Source: Prorocentrum cordatum
Taxonomy: Eukaryota
Length of the DNA: 64,000 bases
NCBI GenBank assembly: GCA_963575745.1
Contig: CAUYUJ010000295.1
Span: 1 to 64,000, forward strand
Direction of reading: 5' to 3'
Part shown: in pieces, positions 13,895-25,148 of the stretch
How the letters are laid out: each line of letters begins with the position of its first letter
Numbering within the stretch: position 1 is the stretch's first letter
The notes under the pieces: generated by a model
Database searches by the model: none
The model's input: the letters and a program-made list of their open reading frames with translations, nothing else
What the model was told of the DNA's origin: nothing
Translations under genes and position numbers: made by a program

Positions 13895-14452
13895 TCAGTC
13901 GCTGCTGCTCGCATCGTCACTGCTGCTCCCACCTTCGCCGTCTTCGAAGCTTTCGTGAATCGTCTCGCTCTTATCTCTTGCCATCGTGGGATTAGCGTCG
14001 TTGAGCGCATTCCAGATCTCATTCTGAGTATTCACCCTGACCATGTCCATGGCAATCTCTTCCTGAGTCTCCTTTTCATTCGCATCAAACTTCTTCTTTG
14101 GCACACGTGAGACGCCCATGCGCTGCGACGTGCCCAACACTGCGAACACGGCAGCCAAGCTGAGATAGCCAATCATGAAGGCCGCCTGCGAGACGCCGAA
14201 TGCACCCTTAGTGCCTGTGAAATTCTGAAACGTAAGATCCGCACGAGGTTGGTGGACAATACCGAAGGTCGACAAGAACGCTCCCACAAGCGCCCAAATC
14301 GAACACTGCATGAAATTGGCATTGATGGCGAAGACGACCATTGCTGTCAGGATGATCGCAGATAGCAGGGAGCCATAGCCGAGAGCCATCAGCGAGGGAC
14401 TCCCTGCCCCTGGAGGCATCTGAGAGTTCGCCCAGTCTGCGATGGCTGGCAT
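13895..14452 (-). CDS. NCS2/AzgA-related nucleobase permease, last exon (exon 9)
   Basis: MPAIADWANS...GYGSLLSAIILTAMVVF...LSTFGIVH...GYLSLAAVF then an acidic tail and stop; several TM helices; taag| acceptor. Confidence 0.9.
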   Translation of the reverse strand: MPAIADWANSQMPPGAGSPSLMALGYGSLLSAIILTAMVVFAINANFMQCSIWALVGAFLSTFGIVHQPRADLTFQNFTGTKGAFGVSQAAFMIGYLSLAAVFAVLGTSQRMGVSRVPKKKFDANEKETQEEIAMDMVRVNTQNEIWNALNDANPTMARDKSETIHESFEDGEGGSSSDDASSSD

Positions 14453-14655
14453 CTTAGGGGAACGGAACATTACATAAACAGAGAACTCGGAGCTCCGCGC
14501 GGATTCCTTGGATCCGCGCCGTTCCCCCCTCCCTGGCGAGCGGAGCGCGCCCGGGGCGGCGCCGGAGGCGCCGCCAGGGGGGTCCAGCGCGGATCCGAGA
14601 AATCCGCGCGGACCTCCGAGTTTGTATGTTGATGTCATTGTTCGTTCCCCGACAT

Positions 14656-14844
14656 GAGTCCGATGATAGCTGCAGGGAGGTGCCGATTCTCGATGTTGCC
14701 GAACGTGTCCTGGTTGATCGCGAGCCCAATGAACAGCACGATCGGCGCGATGGCATACGGAGGGACGAGCGCGGCCACCATCGAGAACTGCCCGGTAACG
14801 CACATGAAGCAGAACAGCGCGCAGTTGAAGAAAGAATAACTCGC
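14656..14844 (-). CDS. Permease exon 8 (both boundaries ambiguous by a few nt)
   Basis: ASYSFFNCALFCFMCVTG...APIVLFIGLAINQDTF...HLPAAIIGL matches the family motifs GYS..NG, PIL..IGL.I..Q.F and HAPA..GL.P. Confidence 0.88.
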
Positions 14845-15615
14845 TGGCCCAATGGGCCAGAGGCGTGCTGAGATCTCTGGTTGTGTTGCTCCCATCGCGC
14901 TTAAGGACCATCTCCCAGAAATAATTTCGAGCACCCAGAAAAGTATCGAAACTGTGTCGGACGAGTATCGCCTCCCAGGGCCAGACACGTGGAAACCTTC
15001 AAGTTTTGGTACTTCCTTGGTGCGCGAAATCCCACCAGTCCTCTGGGCGTAGGTGGTCTAGGGAGCTTCCTCTTCCAATTCCCTTCTTCCCCGTCGGGGA
15101 GGGATTTATCACTGTTCCCTATTCATAAACACCCCCTCCCCCACCTGGCCTGCAGCCAACCCAGAATCATGCGGGCCCCCCCCCCCCAACATCCCTGCCA
15201 ACAACACAATACAAAATGCACATTGCGGGGCCCACCCTGCCAACACCCTCCACAATCCCTGTCCACAAAAATATACGAAGTGCACTTTGCAGCAAAATCT
15301 GGGCAGTGCGCTGGCGCCCTTGGAGCACGTGGTGTTGTTTTGCTGACAGGGATGGCGGGGCACCCCTAATGAAACCACTTTGTGCAGGACCACCCTCCGT
15401 GTCAAAAACAATGCAAAGTGCACGTTGCAACAACGTCGTGGGCGTTGTGCTGGCCAACCGCGATCACTTTGTATTGTTTTTGACCGGGACGGCGGTGGTG
15501 CTCGCATGATGATGTTTGCTATGCGCAAGCCCAGAACAATGCTGGCGCCCCCCACGTCAGCACCTGGACTATGCGGACGGGGGGGCATCACGTTTTTTTG
15601 TTGTTTTGTTTTTGT

Positions 15616-15651
<36 letters not shown>

Positions 15652-17525
15652 CTTACAAGGATGGCGCACCACCCGCATGTGGAGCCCGCGGCGAGCGTCG
15701 CGCCCCTGGCGTCCGCTTTGGTTCCCAATGGCTGTCCATCCAGTGGCGACCCCTGGCTATGCCGAGACTCGGATGCCACTTATATGGCGGGGGGGCGGGT
15801 GGGAGTGAGCTAAACGGCTTGCGTGCGGAGAGGGTGTCTTGACTCCTCCCCCCACCCCCCTCCCCTGGACCTGGACGGGGGGGCCGCGACGCGTTGGAGC
15901 GTCCAAAACGGTTCCGGCGAGAAAACGGATCTCATTTGTTCAAAAACAGTTGTGACCCCATTTTGGCATCTTGGGGGGGCAATGCTAATTAAAACTCTCC
16001 CTTTTTTTTGATCGATGTCCTCCAAGATGGCCCCAAGAGCGCTCCCAAGGCTCTCAGAAGCGCTTCAGCAGGGCCCCAAGAGGCGCATGGGAGGCCCCAG
16101 GAGGCCCCAAGAGGCGCCCGAGAGGCCTCCAAGAGGCTCCCAAGAGACCCCCAATGGGCACGAAGCATCCAAGACCCTCCAAGAGGCCTCCGGGTCAGCC
16201 AAGGGGCCCCCAGGACGCTCCAAGAGGCTCCTCTGCGTGCTGCCCACTTCCCTGATCGAGGCAACTCCTCCGGGCATCGTTTCTGGATGGGCTGGTGGAG
16301 TTACTTTTTGAATCGCGGCCCGCAAGGAGAAGTCCAGAGGGCGGTGTGACCGAGGCTGGGGCACAGCGACAGATAATTGGCGCGACATCGCGCAGAGTGC
16401 ACCTGCAGATAATTAAAAAGAGACGACCACGGTTCAACCCGCGGGTGGAAGCGAACCGAACGCGAGCCCAGCCGCTGAGCATGTGTCGGCAGAAGAGGGC
16501 AACCGCGGTGGGGAGAGCAGAAGCCCTGGTGCCACCACGCGGACCCCGAAAGCCGCTGAGCGTGTGCCAGCAGAAAAGGGCCAGGCGGGAACAGGTCGGA
16601 CCCGCAGGTGGAGTACCGACTGCCAGGAGGCGCGAGGAGAGATGGACAGCAAAACCTAGGGGGAAGCGTGGCAAATCCACTCACTTGACTCCCAGTGCGT
16701 GGGCCAGCGTGTACGCGGGCCACACACAAGCCACCGGGGGGGTTCGTGCCACAGAGCATACTTTTCACGGCCCGCACTCCCAGTCAATGCCTGGGAAAGG
16801 TTATTCAGCCGTCCACAGGGGAGGCCCGCGGTGGCCGCAGGTGCCATGACGGTGTGGTGCCTCCGCTCCCAGGAGGCACAAACTGTGGCCAGAGCCAACA
16901 TCTAGCTAGACGGCAGGGCGGTGCCTTTGGCCGTCGACCCTGTCCGCCGCGGGCCGGCAAGCGGCCAAACTATGAGTCCAAAAATGCCGACCGCACTGTC
17001 TACACGCCCATGTGTATGGGGGTCAGAAGTGGTAGTCGCTCCTGCGAGCGACGACGTGGAAGTCACTGCACGTTGCCGACTCCAAAGGATGGGGCACATG
17101 GAGGGGCCGCGTGGTGGAGTTACGCGAAGCGTCTAGAATTATTTCTGGTGGTCATAACTAAAATAGGTTGGAATCTCATACTCTCTGGTAGCGGATTTGC
17201 AGCTCTTCTAATTCGCGCGTTCCTCTTGGGCTGCCTTGTGGCATTATTGGGGGCCTCCTGGGCCGCGTCGGGCCGTCGCGCGCCCGAAAAGGCGGTGGCG
17301 CTCAAATGCTTCAGACACCCTGGGAACATAAGTACTTATTGGCTCTCTGGGTCTTCTTCGGGGTTCGTTTGAAGCGCCGTTTGGGTGTTCTAGAAGCCTC
17401 CTTCATGGACATCTTGCGGCGCTCTTGGACTGTCTCGGACCCGCGTGGCCTCGCTGCAGGCTTCGATGAAGGCTCATGGAACTCCTGGACGCCCAGACAA
17501 AAAAAAAAACATCCCTGACCCAGGG

Positions 17526-17704
17526 TCGGGGGCGTTCAAGAGGGTGGGGGCGCAAATCATGGCGGGCGGCACGTGCGCGGTCAAAGGGGGGGGGGGGCCG
17601 GGGTATTGAAATAAGAAAAAGTGCCGTGAAATGTGGGGCGACATCATGGCTCCCGCCATGAGATCCCCCACCCTAATCATCACCCCCCTCTTGGCCGCCC
17701 CCGA
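17526..17704. mobile_element. MITE family B (~180-200 bp); other copies 22096-22288 and 24878-25075
   Basis: TIR tcgggggcggtcaagagggg ... cccctcttgaccgcccccga; 5-bp flanks aatgc/aatac and tcttt/ttttt (no clear TSD at this copy). Confidence 0.85.
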
Positions 17705-18217
17705 CGCAAGGGTGGCCGGGCTGCGCCCAGGCTGCGCCCGGGACACTTTTCGCCCAGGGGACCCAGGCGGCCCAAGAGGCCCCTCTTTCTTCCCAAGGTG
17801 GCTCGAGACGTCTCAAGTTCTGTGCGTGTGAAACCATCACAGCTGCATTTTGCGGCGGTATTCGCCGTTCCTGCAGCCAAGGGTCTGACATGCCCCTCCA
17901 TGTTCGGCTGCCAGCACACGGCCCTGTCGTCTCTGTCCAAGGACTCCGCAAAGTCGTCTGGGAGAGGCTCTATCGCCCCCGAGCGTAGCATCTCCGTGCA
18001 TGCGTTGGGGGGGGGGCATCCCGAGGAGGTGACGAGTGCAGCGGAAGCGCTGCCGGAAGTCACGTTGGCACGCTGGGCAAACGCCGTCCGCCTTGACGTA
18101 CCTCTAGGTCGGGCATGTCCCCCCACAGGGGGATTTGGGACGAAAAATCAAAACAACAAAAATATGCTAACGGAGTTCCTCACATAAAGATGTTACGGGG
18201 TTCCATTGCTTCTTGAC

Positions 18218-19428
18218 TGCGCTCTGGTGGGGCCTCCCTGGAGGGGTGGGAGGGGCACGAAACCTGATGAATAATATGGTGTGCGAATACCCTGCCCGCT
18301 CTGGTGGGGCCTCCCTGGAGGGGTGGGAGGGGCACGAAACCTGATAAATAATATGGTGTACGGATACCCTGCCCGCTCTGGTGGGGCCTCCCTGGAGGGG
18401 TGGGAGGGGCACGACACCTGATAAATAACATGGTGTGCGAATACCCTGCCCGCTCTGGTGGGGCCTCCCTGGAGGGGCGGGAACGGCACGAAACCTAATA
18501 ATAAAATATGGCGTGCGAATACCCTGCCCGCTCTGGCGGGGCCTCCCTGGAGTGGCGGGAGGGGCACGAAACCTGATAAATAATATGGTGTGCGAATGCC
18601 CTGCCCGCTCTGGTGGGGCCTCCCTGGAGGGGTGGGAGGGGCATGAAACCTGATAAATCATATGGTGTGCGAATACCCTGCCCGCTCTGGCGGGGCCTCC
18701 CTGGAATGTTGGGAGGGGCGCGAAACCTGATAAATAACATGGTGTGCGGATACCCTGCCCGCTCTGGTGGGGCCTCCCTGGAGGGGTGGAGGGGCACGAA
18801 ACCTGATAAATAATATGGTGTGCGAATACCCTGCCCGCTCTGGTGGGGCCTCCCTGGAGGGGTGGGAGGGGCACGAAACCTGATAAATAACATGGTGTGC
18901 GAATACCCTGCTCGCTCAGGCGGGGCCTCCCTGGAGGGGTGGGAGGGGCACGAAACCTGATAAATAACATGGTGTGCGAATACCTTGCTTGCTCAGGCTG
19001 GGCCTCCCTGGAGGGGTGGGAGAGGCACGAAAACTTATAAATAACATGGTGTGCGAATACCCTGCTCGCTCAGGCGGGGCCTCCCTGGAGGGGTGGGAGG
19101 GGCACGATACCTGATAAATAACATGGTGTGCGAATACCCTGCCCGCTCTGGTGGAGCCTCCCTGGAGGGGCGGGAGGGGCACGAAACCTGATAAATAGCA
19201 TGGTGTGCGAATACCCTGCTCGCTCAGGCGGGGCCCCTCTGGAGGGGTGGGAGGGGCACGAAACCTGATAAATAACATGGTGTGCGAATACCCTGCTCGC
19301 TCAGGCGGGGCCTCCCTGGAGGGGTGGGAGGGGCACGAAACCTGATGTATAAATAATACCCTGCCCGCTCAGGCGGGGCCTCCCTGGAGGGGTGGGAGGG
19401 GCACGAAACCTGATAAATAACATGGTGT
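18218..19428. repeat. 77-bp minisatellite, about 15.7 copies, intronic
   Basis: Unit gaataccctgcccgctctggtggggcctccctggaggggtgggaggggcacgaaacctgataaataacatggtgtgc; unit starts at 18285, 18362, 18439. Confidence 0.95.
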
Positions 19429-20365
19429 GAGGAAAGGCATGGTATGGTATGGGATGATGGATGCATGGTATGGTATGGTAAGGTATGGTATGGAGTGGCA
19501 TGGTATTGGTATGGTACGATACAGTATGGGATGGTGGAGGAAGCGGGAGGAGGAGGAGGAGGAGGAGGAGGAGGAGGAGGAGAGGATGTTCTGGGAAAAC
19601 AAGAACCCCACTCAGGACGTGGGGAAAAAAACTACCCCGAACATGCTCAAACCTAGCCAAACAAATTATCAAAGCATCGTCCCCCTATTATTTGTTGGAC
19701 TATGTTGGGGTCTTCCTGCTGTAGAGAGACAGGCCGGACTTAAAACGTGCCGCCTCGCTTCGTCCCCGACGCCGTGAGCGGCGACGAGCCGGTGCTGCGC
19801 GGGGCCCCTCACGAGAGGCGCCGCGAGGCTCTCGAGAGAGCCGCCGCGAGGGGGGCCCCCGAGGCCGCCGGCAGGCCCCCGAGAGGCCCCGAGGGGCCGT
19901 TGGTACAGGGCACGAGGAGGAAGCGCGGTGACACAACACAATCCGAGAACTCCGTTGAGCACGCGCATGTGCTCGCAGCACATGCAAGCACGATTCACAG
20001 CACAAAAACGACGGGAACGTCCAGAAAACGAGAGGCCCCGAGCGGCCCCGAGCAGCGGATCCCCCGAGAGGCCCCCAGGATCTGTCTCTTCTCAGCGCAG
20101 CACCGTCTCGCAACCAGAAAGCCCCCGGAGATCCCCAGGAATGCGGCCAAGCCGCCCCCCAGGAGGCCTCCCAGAAGACCTCACGCCTCTCAAAGGGGCG
20201 TCTTGCCCACGACCCGCTTTGGCCCCCAGGAGTGCCCCAACAAGCCATCGAGAGGCCTCCTCCTCCTCCCCCTCCTCTTCCTGCTTATCGCTCGCCACTG
20301 GCACGCCACCAGAGCAGCAGTGATGCAGTATGGGCCGGCGGGATGAACGAAGCGATTGAATATAT

Positions 20366-20809
20366 TGTCCCTCCCGCGCGCTTGAGTGGCTTGTGGCTGC
20401 AGAAAACGCACGTGCCGAAAGGGGACCCAAACAAAGCGGACACCATCGTCGTGCATCCATCGACGACCAGCGTCTCCTTCACGCTGTACGGGTCACCCGC
20501 CTCGTGCGCATTGTACACAGACACCAATGTGTTGATAGCGCCGACAAAGGCTACAGGCAGAATGACCGAAATGTTTTCCAGTGCCACCTCTGGTATCTCA
20601 AAGAAGGCCTGCGTATCCAAAAGCCTAGGCGTATAGAAACGGAAGATCGAGGCGGCATTCTTGACCGACTCCCAAGTGCCGCCATCCTTGTCGACCTTGT
20701 CCTCTGGCCACCCTGAGCTGAACACCCATCCCATGAAGGCGCCAGCCAACATGATCATGACTGCGTTTGGAATCGGGTAGAACTTGACCCCGACGAAGTA
20801 ACCCAACAC
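20366..20809 (-). CDS. Permease exon 7
   Basis: VLGYFVGVKFYPIP...SVYNAHEAGDPYSVKETLVVDGCTTMVSALFGSPFGTCVFCSHKPLKRAGGT contains the hallmark A..AGD.Y...DG...LFGSPF; ctag|GTG acceptor. Confidence 0.93.
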
Positions 20810-21017
20810 CTAGAACACCAAATAACTAAGGAAAATTACAATTCTGGAGACCCGCGCGGATTTCTCGGACCGATGCTGGGCCCACATCTCCAGAGCGCGC
20901 CGGGGGTGGCGCCAAAGGCCCCGCGAGGGGTGCGGAGAGAAGGCCAGCGCTGGCGCAAGAAGTCCACGCGGGCCTCCAAATGATCTACGTTTGTACAGTG
21001 TCTCCGTTCCCGAACAC

Positions 21018-21140
21018 CGCAGTGGCCAGTGGCACAAAGCCCAAGTGCCCCGCGGCGAAGACCTTCATCAGCTGGGCGATGCCCAAGTGCGTCAGGCCGA
21101 CGCCAGCTAATGCGATCAGCAGCGCTGGTTTCGGGGCCAC
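21018..21140 (-). CDS. Permease exon 6
   Basis: 123 nt, VAPKPALLIALAGVGLTHLGIAQLMKVFAAGHLGFVPLATA (P..ALL..LAG motif); AG and GT boundaries. Confidence 0.92.
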
Positions 21141-21344
21141 CTTCATGTGTTGTTGTGCGCGTGGGTCTGTAAGAACATATACATCACTTCATAGGCAATT
21201 GTATGCAAGTGTGTATGCTTCTATCTATATTCTCAAATGCGCTTACGTATGTGTGTGGGCATATGCGTGCAGTTGCTAACCTGTGCAGTTATGATGTTTG
21301 CAGATCTTGATACCCAACCTCACAAGAACACATGTTGGAAGAAC

Positions 21345-21419
21345 CTTCATGATGGCCGGGCCAGCGAACCCGACCAAGGCAGCAATGAATCCAGCGGCAA
21401 GGTTCGCCACGGTGGTCAC
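21345..21419 (-). CDS. Permease exon 5
   Basis: 75 nt, VTTVANLAAGFIAALVGFAGPAIMK; gaag|GTG and AAG|gt boundaries. Confidence 0.9.
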
Positions 21420-23931
21420 CTTCGTCGCGGAAGCGCGCAAAAGAAAGACTCAGAATGAGACGCATCTCTGCTGGCACGACGGATCAGGGTCATGAAATGA
21501 GGGTAGCGGGTCCACGACAACTGGGCTTGCATCGGACTTCTTTGTCATTTTGAATGGCTTTCGGCGGACCCGAGTGAAACCCCTGATCTTCCTAGTCGCC
21601 TTCAAAATCAGTAGTTTGCTGAACCAAAGTCTCAACATTGTTTCCGACGCGACATTTCGTCATCAATAGATTGTAATGCGCCCTGAACTTGGACACGTTG
21701 GCCTGCACATTCCGAACTTCGCCCATCCCATTCCGCAATGCCGCCCCATTCTGGCCAGCTTGCCTGCCCCCCAATCGCGACCCCACAGTCACCCTGACTC
21801 CCTGGTGGCACTGCTCACTGTGACAGCACGTGCTAGACTCGTGTTGTCTGACTTCGCTAGCATAACCACTGATCAGATCCGCCACCGTACCGCAGGCTCG
21901 GAATGGACAAGTCCCTCTGAGTTCTCCATGTTGGATTAAGTAAAAAGCCTCTTGGGGCGCGCACGGGCGCTCCGTGTTTTCTCCCGCGTGGCCATTCTCC
22001 CCGAGGCCTCGGGACGGACGGCGTGCCTGTTCAGTTCCCACTTTTGGGGATTGTTACTGTTGGTCTTCCTTGTCTGATGCTCCGCTTGATTCTTTTCGGG
22101 GGCGGTCAAGAGGGGGGCGTCTCAGAGGGGGGGGTGCAAATCATGGCCGGCGGCACGTGCGCGGCCCAAGGAGGGGCCAGGGACGTAATGCAATGAGAAG
22201 AGCCGCCATGAAATCTGGGGACATATCATGGCCCACGCCATGATATCCACCCCCCCTTAGTCATCACCCCCCTCGTTGCCGCCCCCAATTTTTAATCGAA
22301 GAGCCCCTCCCGGGGCTCGCACCCTGTTTTTTAGAAAGGGAATTAATTGGCTGGCCACGTGGCCCCCGAACCACAACAACGTATTCGGCCTCGCGCACCC
22401 GCGCAGGGCCTCCTCACAGTGTGTGCAAGGATCGCGCTCTCGCGCGGGACTTCCTCGCCGCCTACTCACAAAGCGAAACCATGACACTCGGGCATGACGC
22501 TCTCGCCCTGGACTTCCTGACGATCTCCTTGGGATCGCGCTATCGCTCGAGACTGCCTAGCGGGTCATATAAGACTGACGCTTCAGCGACCCGCCCGCTC
22601 GACCTGGCCGCTTGGGCCCGCCCGCCCGCCAAGGTCCTCCCGCCCGACCCGCCCGTCTGGTTGTGCCACTGGTTTTCATGCTCCCATCCCCTGAGAATCT
22701 CGCTCATGTTCCGTTCTGCTCCGTCCCCCGTGTCCCGTCCTTCCATCCTCCCTCTCGTCCCCTGGGGCTGCACCAACTACACAGAGCAGGTAAGGTAGGT
22801 AACCCCCCCCCCAAAGGGACACGATCGAAGACGAAGAGGGCGGGTATCGAAGGTTTGGGATATACGTTCTGAATGGCATGCGAGCAAATAAAAAACAAGC
22901 ATTCTTAAATTGATTGCTGTTGCTGAATTCTCATGTCGAAGGTCAGTGAATGTGCTCCTCCTGGGGTTCGCACCCTGTTTTCTTAGAGGGGAAGGTCTTG
23001 TGCATCAGACTGCGCCCCCGCCACCGTTGTGCAACAGCAGCGGCTCCCGCCTGATACGCCCTGACAATTTAATCCAAGTCGCGCTCTCGCGCAGGACTTG
23101 CTGGCAGTGGACATGGATACACTCAGCCTACTCAGGGCCCGAACATATCTAGATGCACCGCCTGCAGGCCCCCCAGGCGCATGGGCAGGTCCCCGCGTTG
23201 GAATGGTGGCCTTCCCGAAATCAGCATTTGGTCGGGCGGGTCCCCCTACGGGCGGTTTTTTGGGTGAAAACTGCAAACTAGTCCAGCAATAATCCAAAAT
23301 ATAACAATATACTAGAAATATCGTCCCCATACTATTTTGACATGTTTTTGCATATACCTCCTGTAGAAAGACAGGCCCGACTTACGATCAGCAACCCCTG
23401 GGCCGCAACGAGCCATGTGCCATGCCGGGCTGACTGGGCGGGGTACAGACAGAGCTCCACGACGGCACGGGGGCGGGAGGGATGCCGCGGCCACGGCGAG
23501 GGCGCCGGGATCCGCTTGTGGCGGACGCTGCCGCGGCAGTCTTCGACACGACCGGGACCCTCCTCCAGGAACAGGCGCGGCTGGCTGGGGTCCTGCCCAC
23601 CCAGACCCCCGACGTCATGACTTTTCCATGACGCGACCCCCAGAGGTCTGGACCCATTCTCCGGGACCGGCTTCTCATCCCGAGTCGGTTTTTGGCGGTC
23701 CTGAGGCCCGTGAAGGGCCCCCAGAGAGCGAAAGTAGCGAAAAACCTTACGTCGTGACTTTTTCATGACTCGAGGGGGTCCTGCCGACCTGGGCGCTGGC
23801 CCCCGACACCGCGCGCAGCGTCGTCACCCTGGAGCGATGGAGGGTTCTGCCGATGGCGCCGGATCGCTCGACGTCGGCCGGCCGACCCAAGGACCACGCG
23901 CGGCGCTCCACCTGGAACGCCCGCGCTGGGG

Positions 23932-24100
23932 CCAGGTCGGGCACGTCCCCCCTGCAGGCGGATTTTTGGACGGCAAGTGTTTCAAACGTCACACATGCAA
24001 AAATAGCACAAATATGTATGATAAAAACAAAAAGCCGCCCCAGACCATGTTTTTAACGATCTTGGACTGCTCCTCCTGTAGAGGGGCGTGCCCGACTCAA
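23932..24100. mobile_element. MITE family C (hAT-like, ~130-170 bp, 8-bp TSD). Copies ~9593-9760, 10501-10650, 18105 (partial), 19610-19743, 23227-23385, 23932-24100, 24266-24432, 45765-45918, 46881-47041, 50510-50660, 55822-55952, 58452-58610, 58693-58845, 60450-60613, 63590-63750
   Basis: TIR ttaagtcgggcgtgtccccctacagg ... cctgtagagggacaggcccgacttaa; TSDs cgctgggg/cgctgggg, gatcaggg/gatcaggg, aatcagca/gatcagca, ggcaagga/ggcaaggt. Confidence 0.9.
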
Positions 24101-24568
24101 CGCTGGGGTCGCCGCCGCCTCGACACATCACGGCACGAGCCTGCTGCTCCCTGGGGACAGATGCATGCCTCCGCCCTGATTGCGCCCCACTCTGGACCGC
24201 CCGCCCGAGGCGAGAGATAAGTATCTCCCCCCCCCGGCATGCGGAGGATTTCGCACGGATTGAACTCAGACCGGGTATGCCATCCTACAGGCGGATTCTG
24301 GAAGGAAACAGCAAACACGGTCAAACCAGATTCAGAGATCTGCAAGAAGTAGTCGAAACATCGTCCTCTGACTATTTTGTTGACTATCTTTGAATGTTCC
24401 TCCTGTCGAGGGACATGCTCGACCCAAGGTTAAACATGATGAACGATGAATCAGAATCTAAATCACCCAGAGGAATCATAAGATTGGATCTTACGCTTCA
24501 ATTCCCGTCTGTGGCACTGCAAACGGGAAGCCATCATGTTTCATATTTGGACCACCCTTCTTCGTCGC

Positions 24569-24876
24569 CTTCCAAGCGTAATTGATGCCTTCCTCCCATT
24601 CCATGCCAGCCTCCTTAGCATCGCGTGCAGCCACGGCCATGATGTTGTAGACGAACGCAAATGCTGCAGCAGTGTTGACGCCGTACGGCATGCACATGTG
24701 GTCGCTCCGGCCGTCTACCCTCATCATGCGAATCGCCATCCAGGCATAGTAAAAATTACCGAATATCATGGTGATGCACATGCCATTGAGGATCCTGCCG
24801 TAGATGAGGCCCGAAATGAAGTCGTTCATCTGCGCCGTATCCACGCCTTCGTCCCCCTTCCAGGGTGATGACAATG
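24569..24876 (-). CDS. Permease exon 4
   Basis: ...GRILNGMCITMIFGNFYYAWMAIRMMRVDGRSDHMCMPYGVNTAAAFAFVY...YAWK contains the family motif GN..Y...A......GR.D...PYG.NT; GC donor AAG|gc. Confidence 0.92.
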
Positions 24877-25082
24877 CTCGGGGGCTGCCAAGATGGGGGC
24901 GTCCAAGATGGGAGGGCGCAAATCATGGCCAGCGGCATGTGCGCGGCCCAGAGGGGTGGCCAGGGACGTATTGAACTATATAAGAGAAGGCGCCATGAAA
25001 TCTGGGGAGATATCATGGGACCCGCCATGAAATCGACCTTCCCTTAGTCATCAGCCCCCTCTTGACCGCCCCCGAAATACAC

Positions 25083-25148
25083 CACGCATCCCCCCCACGA
25101 CTGCGACGATCGTACCCGTGATCTGAAAGAATAAGTTCAGGCCACAGT
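25083..25148 (-). CDS. Permease exon 3 (boundaries ambiguous by about 5 nt)
   Basis: DCGLNLFFQITGTIVAVVGGMR is the first TM helix following the GDxD motif; bounded on both sides by MITE termini. Confidence 0.78.

Noticed and set aside
13895..14911. 338-aa ORF as a complete single-exon gene
   Set aside because: Only the last 185 aa are permease; the upstream part reads through a MITE and the wrong frame of exon 8.
18218..19428. CRISPR-like array
   Set aside because: Head-to-tail 77-bp units without unique spacers; no cas genes; eukaryotic intron.
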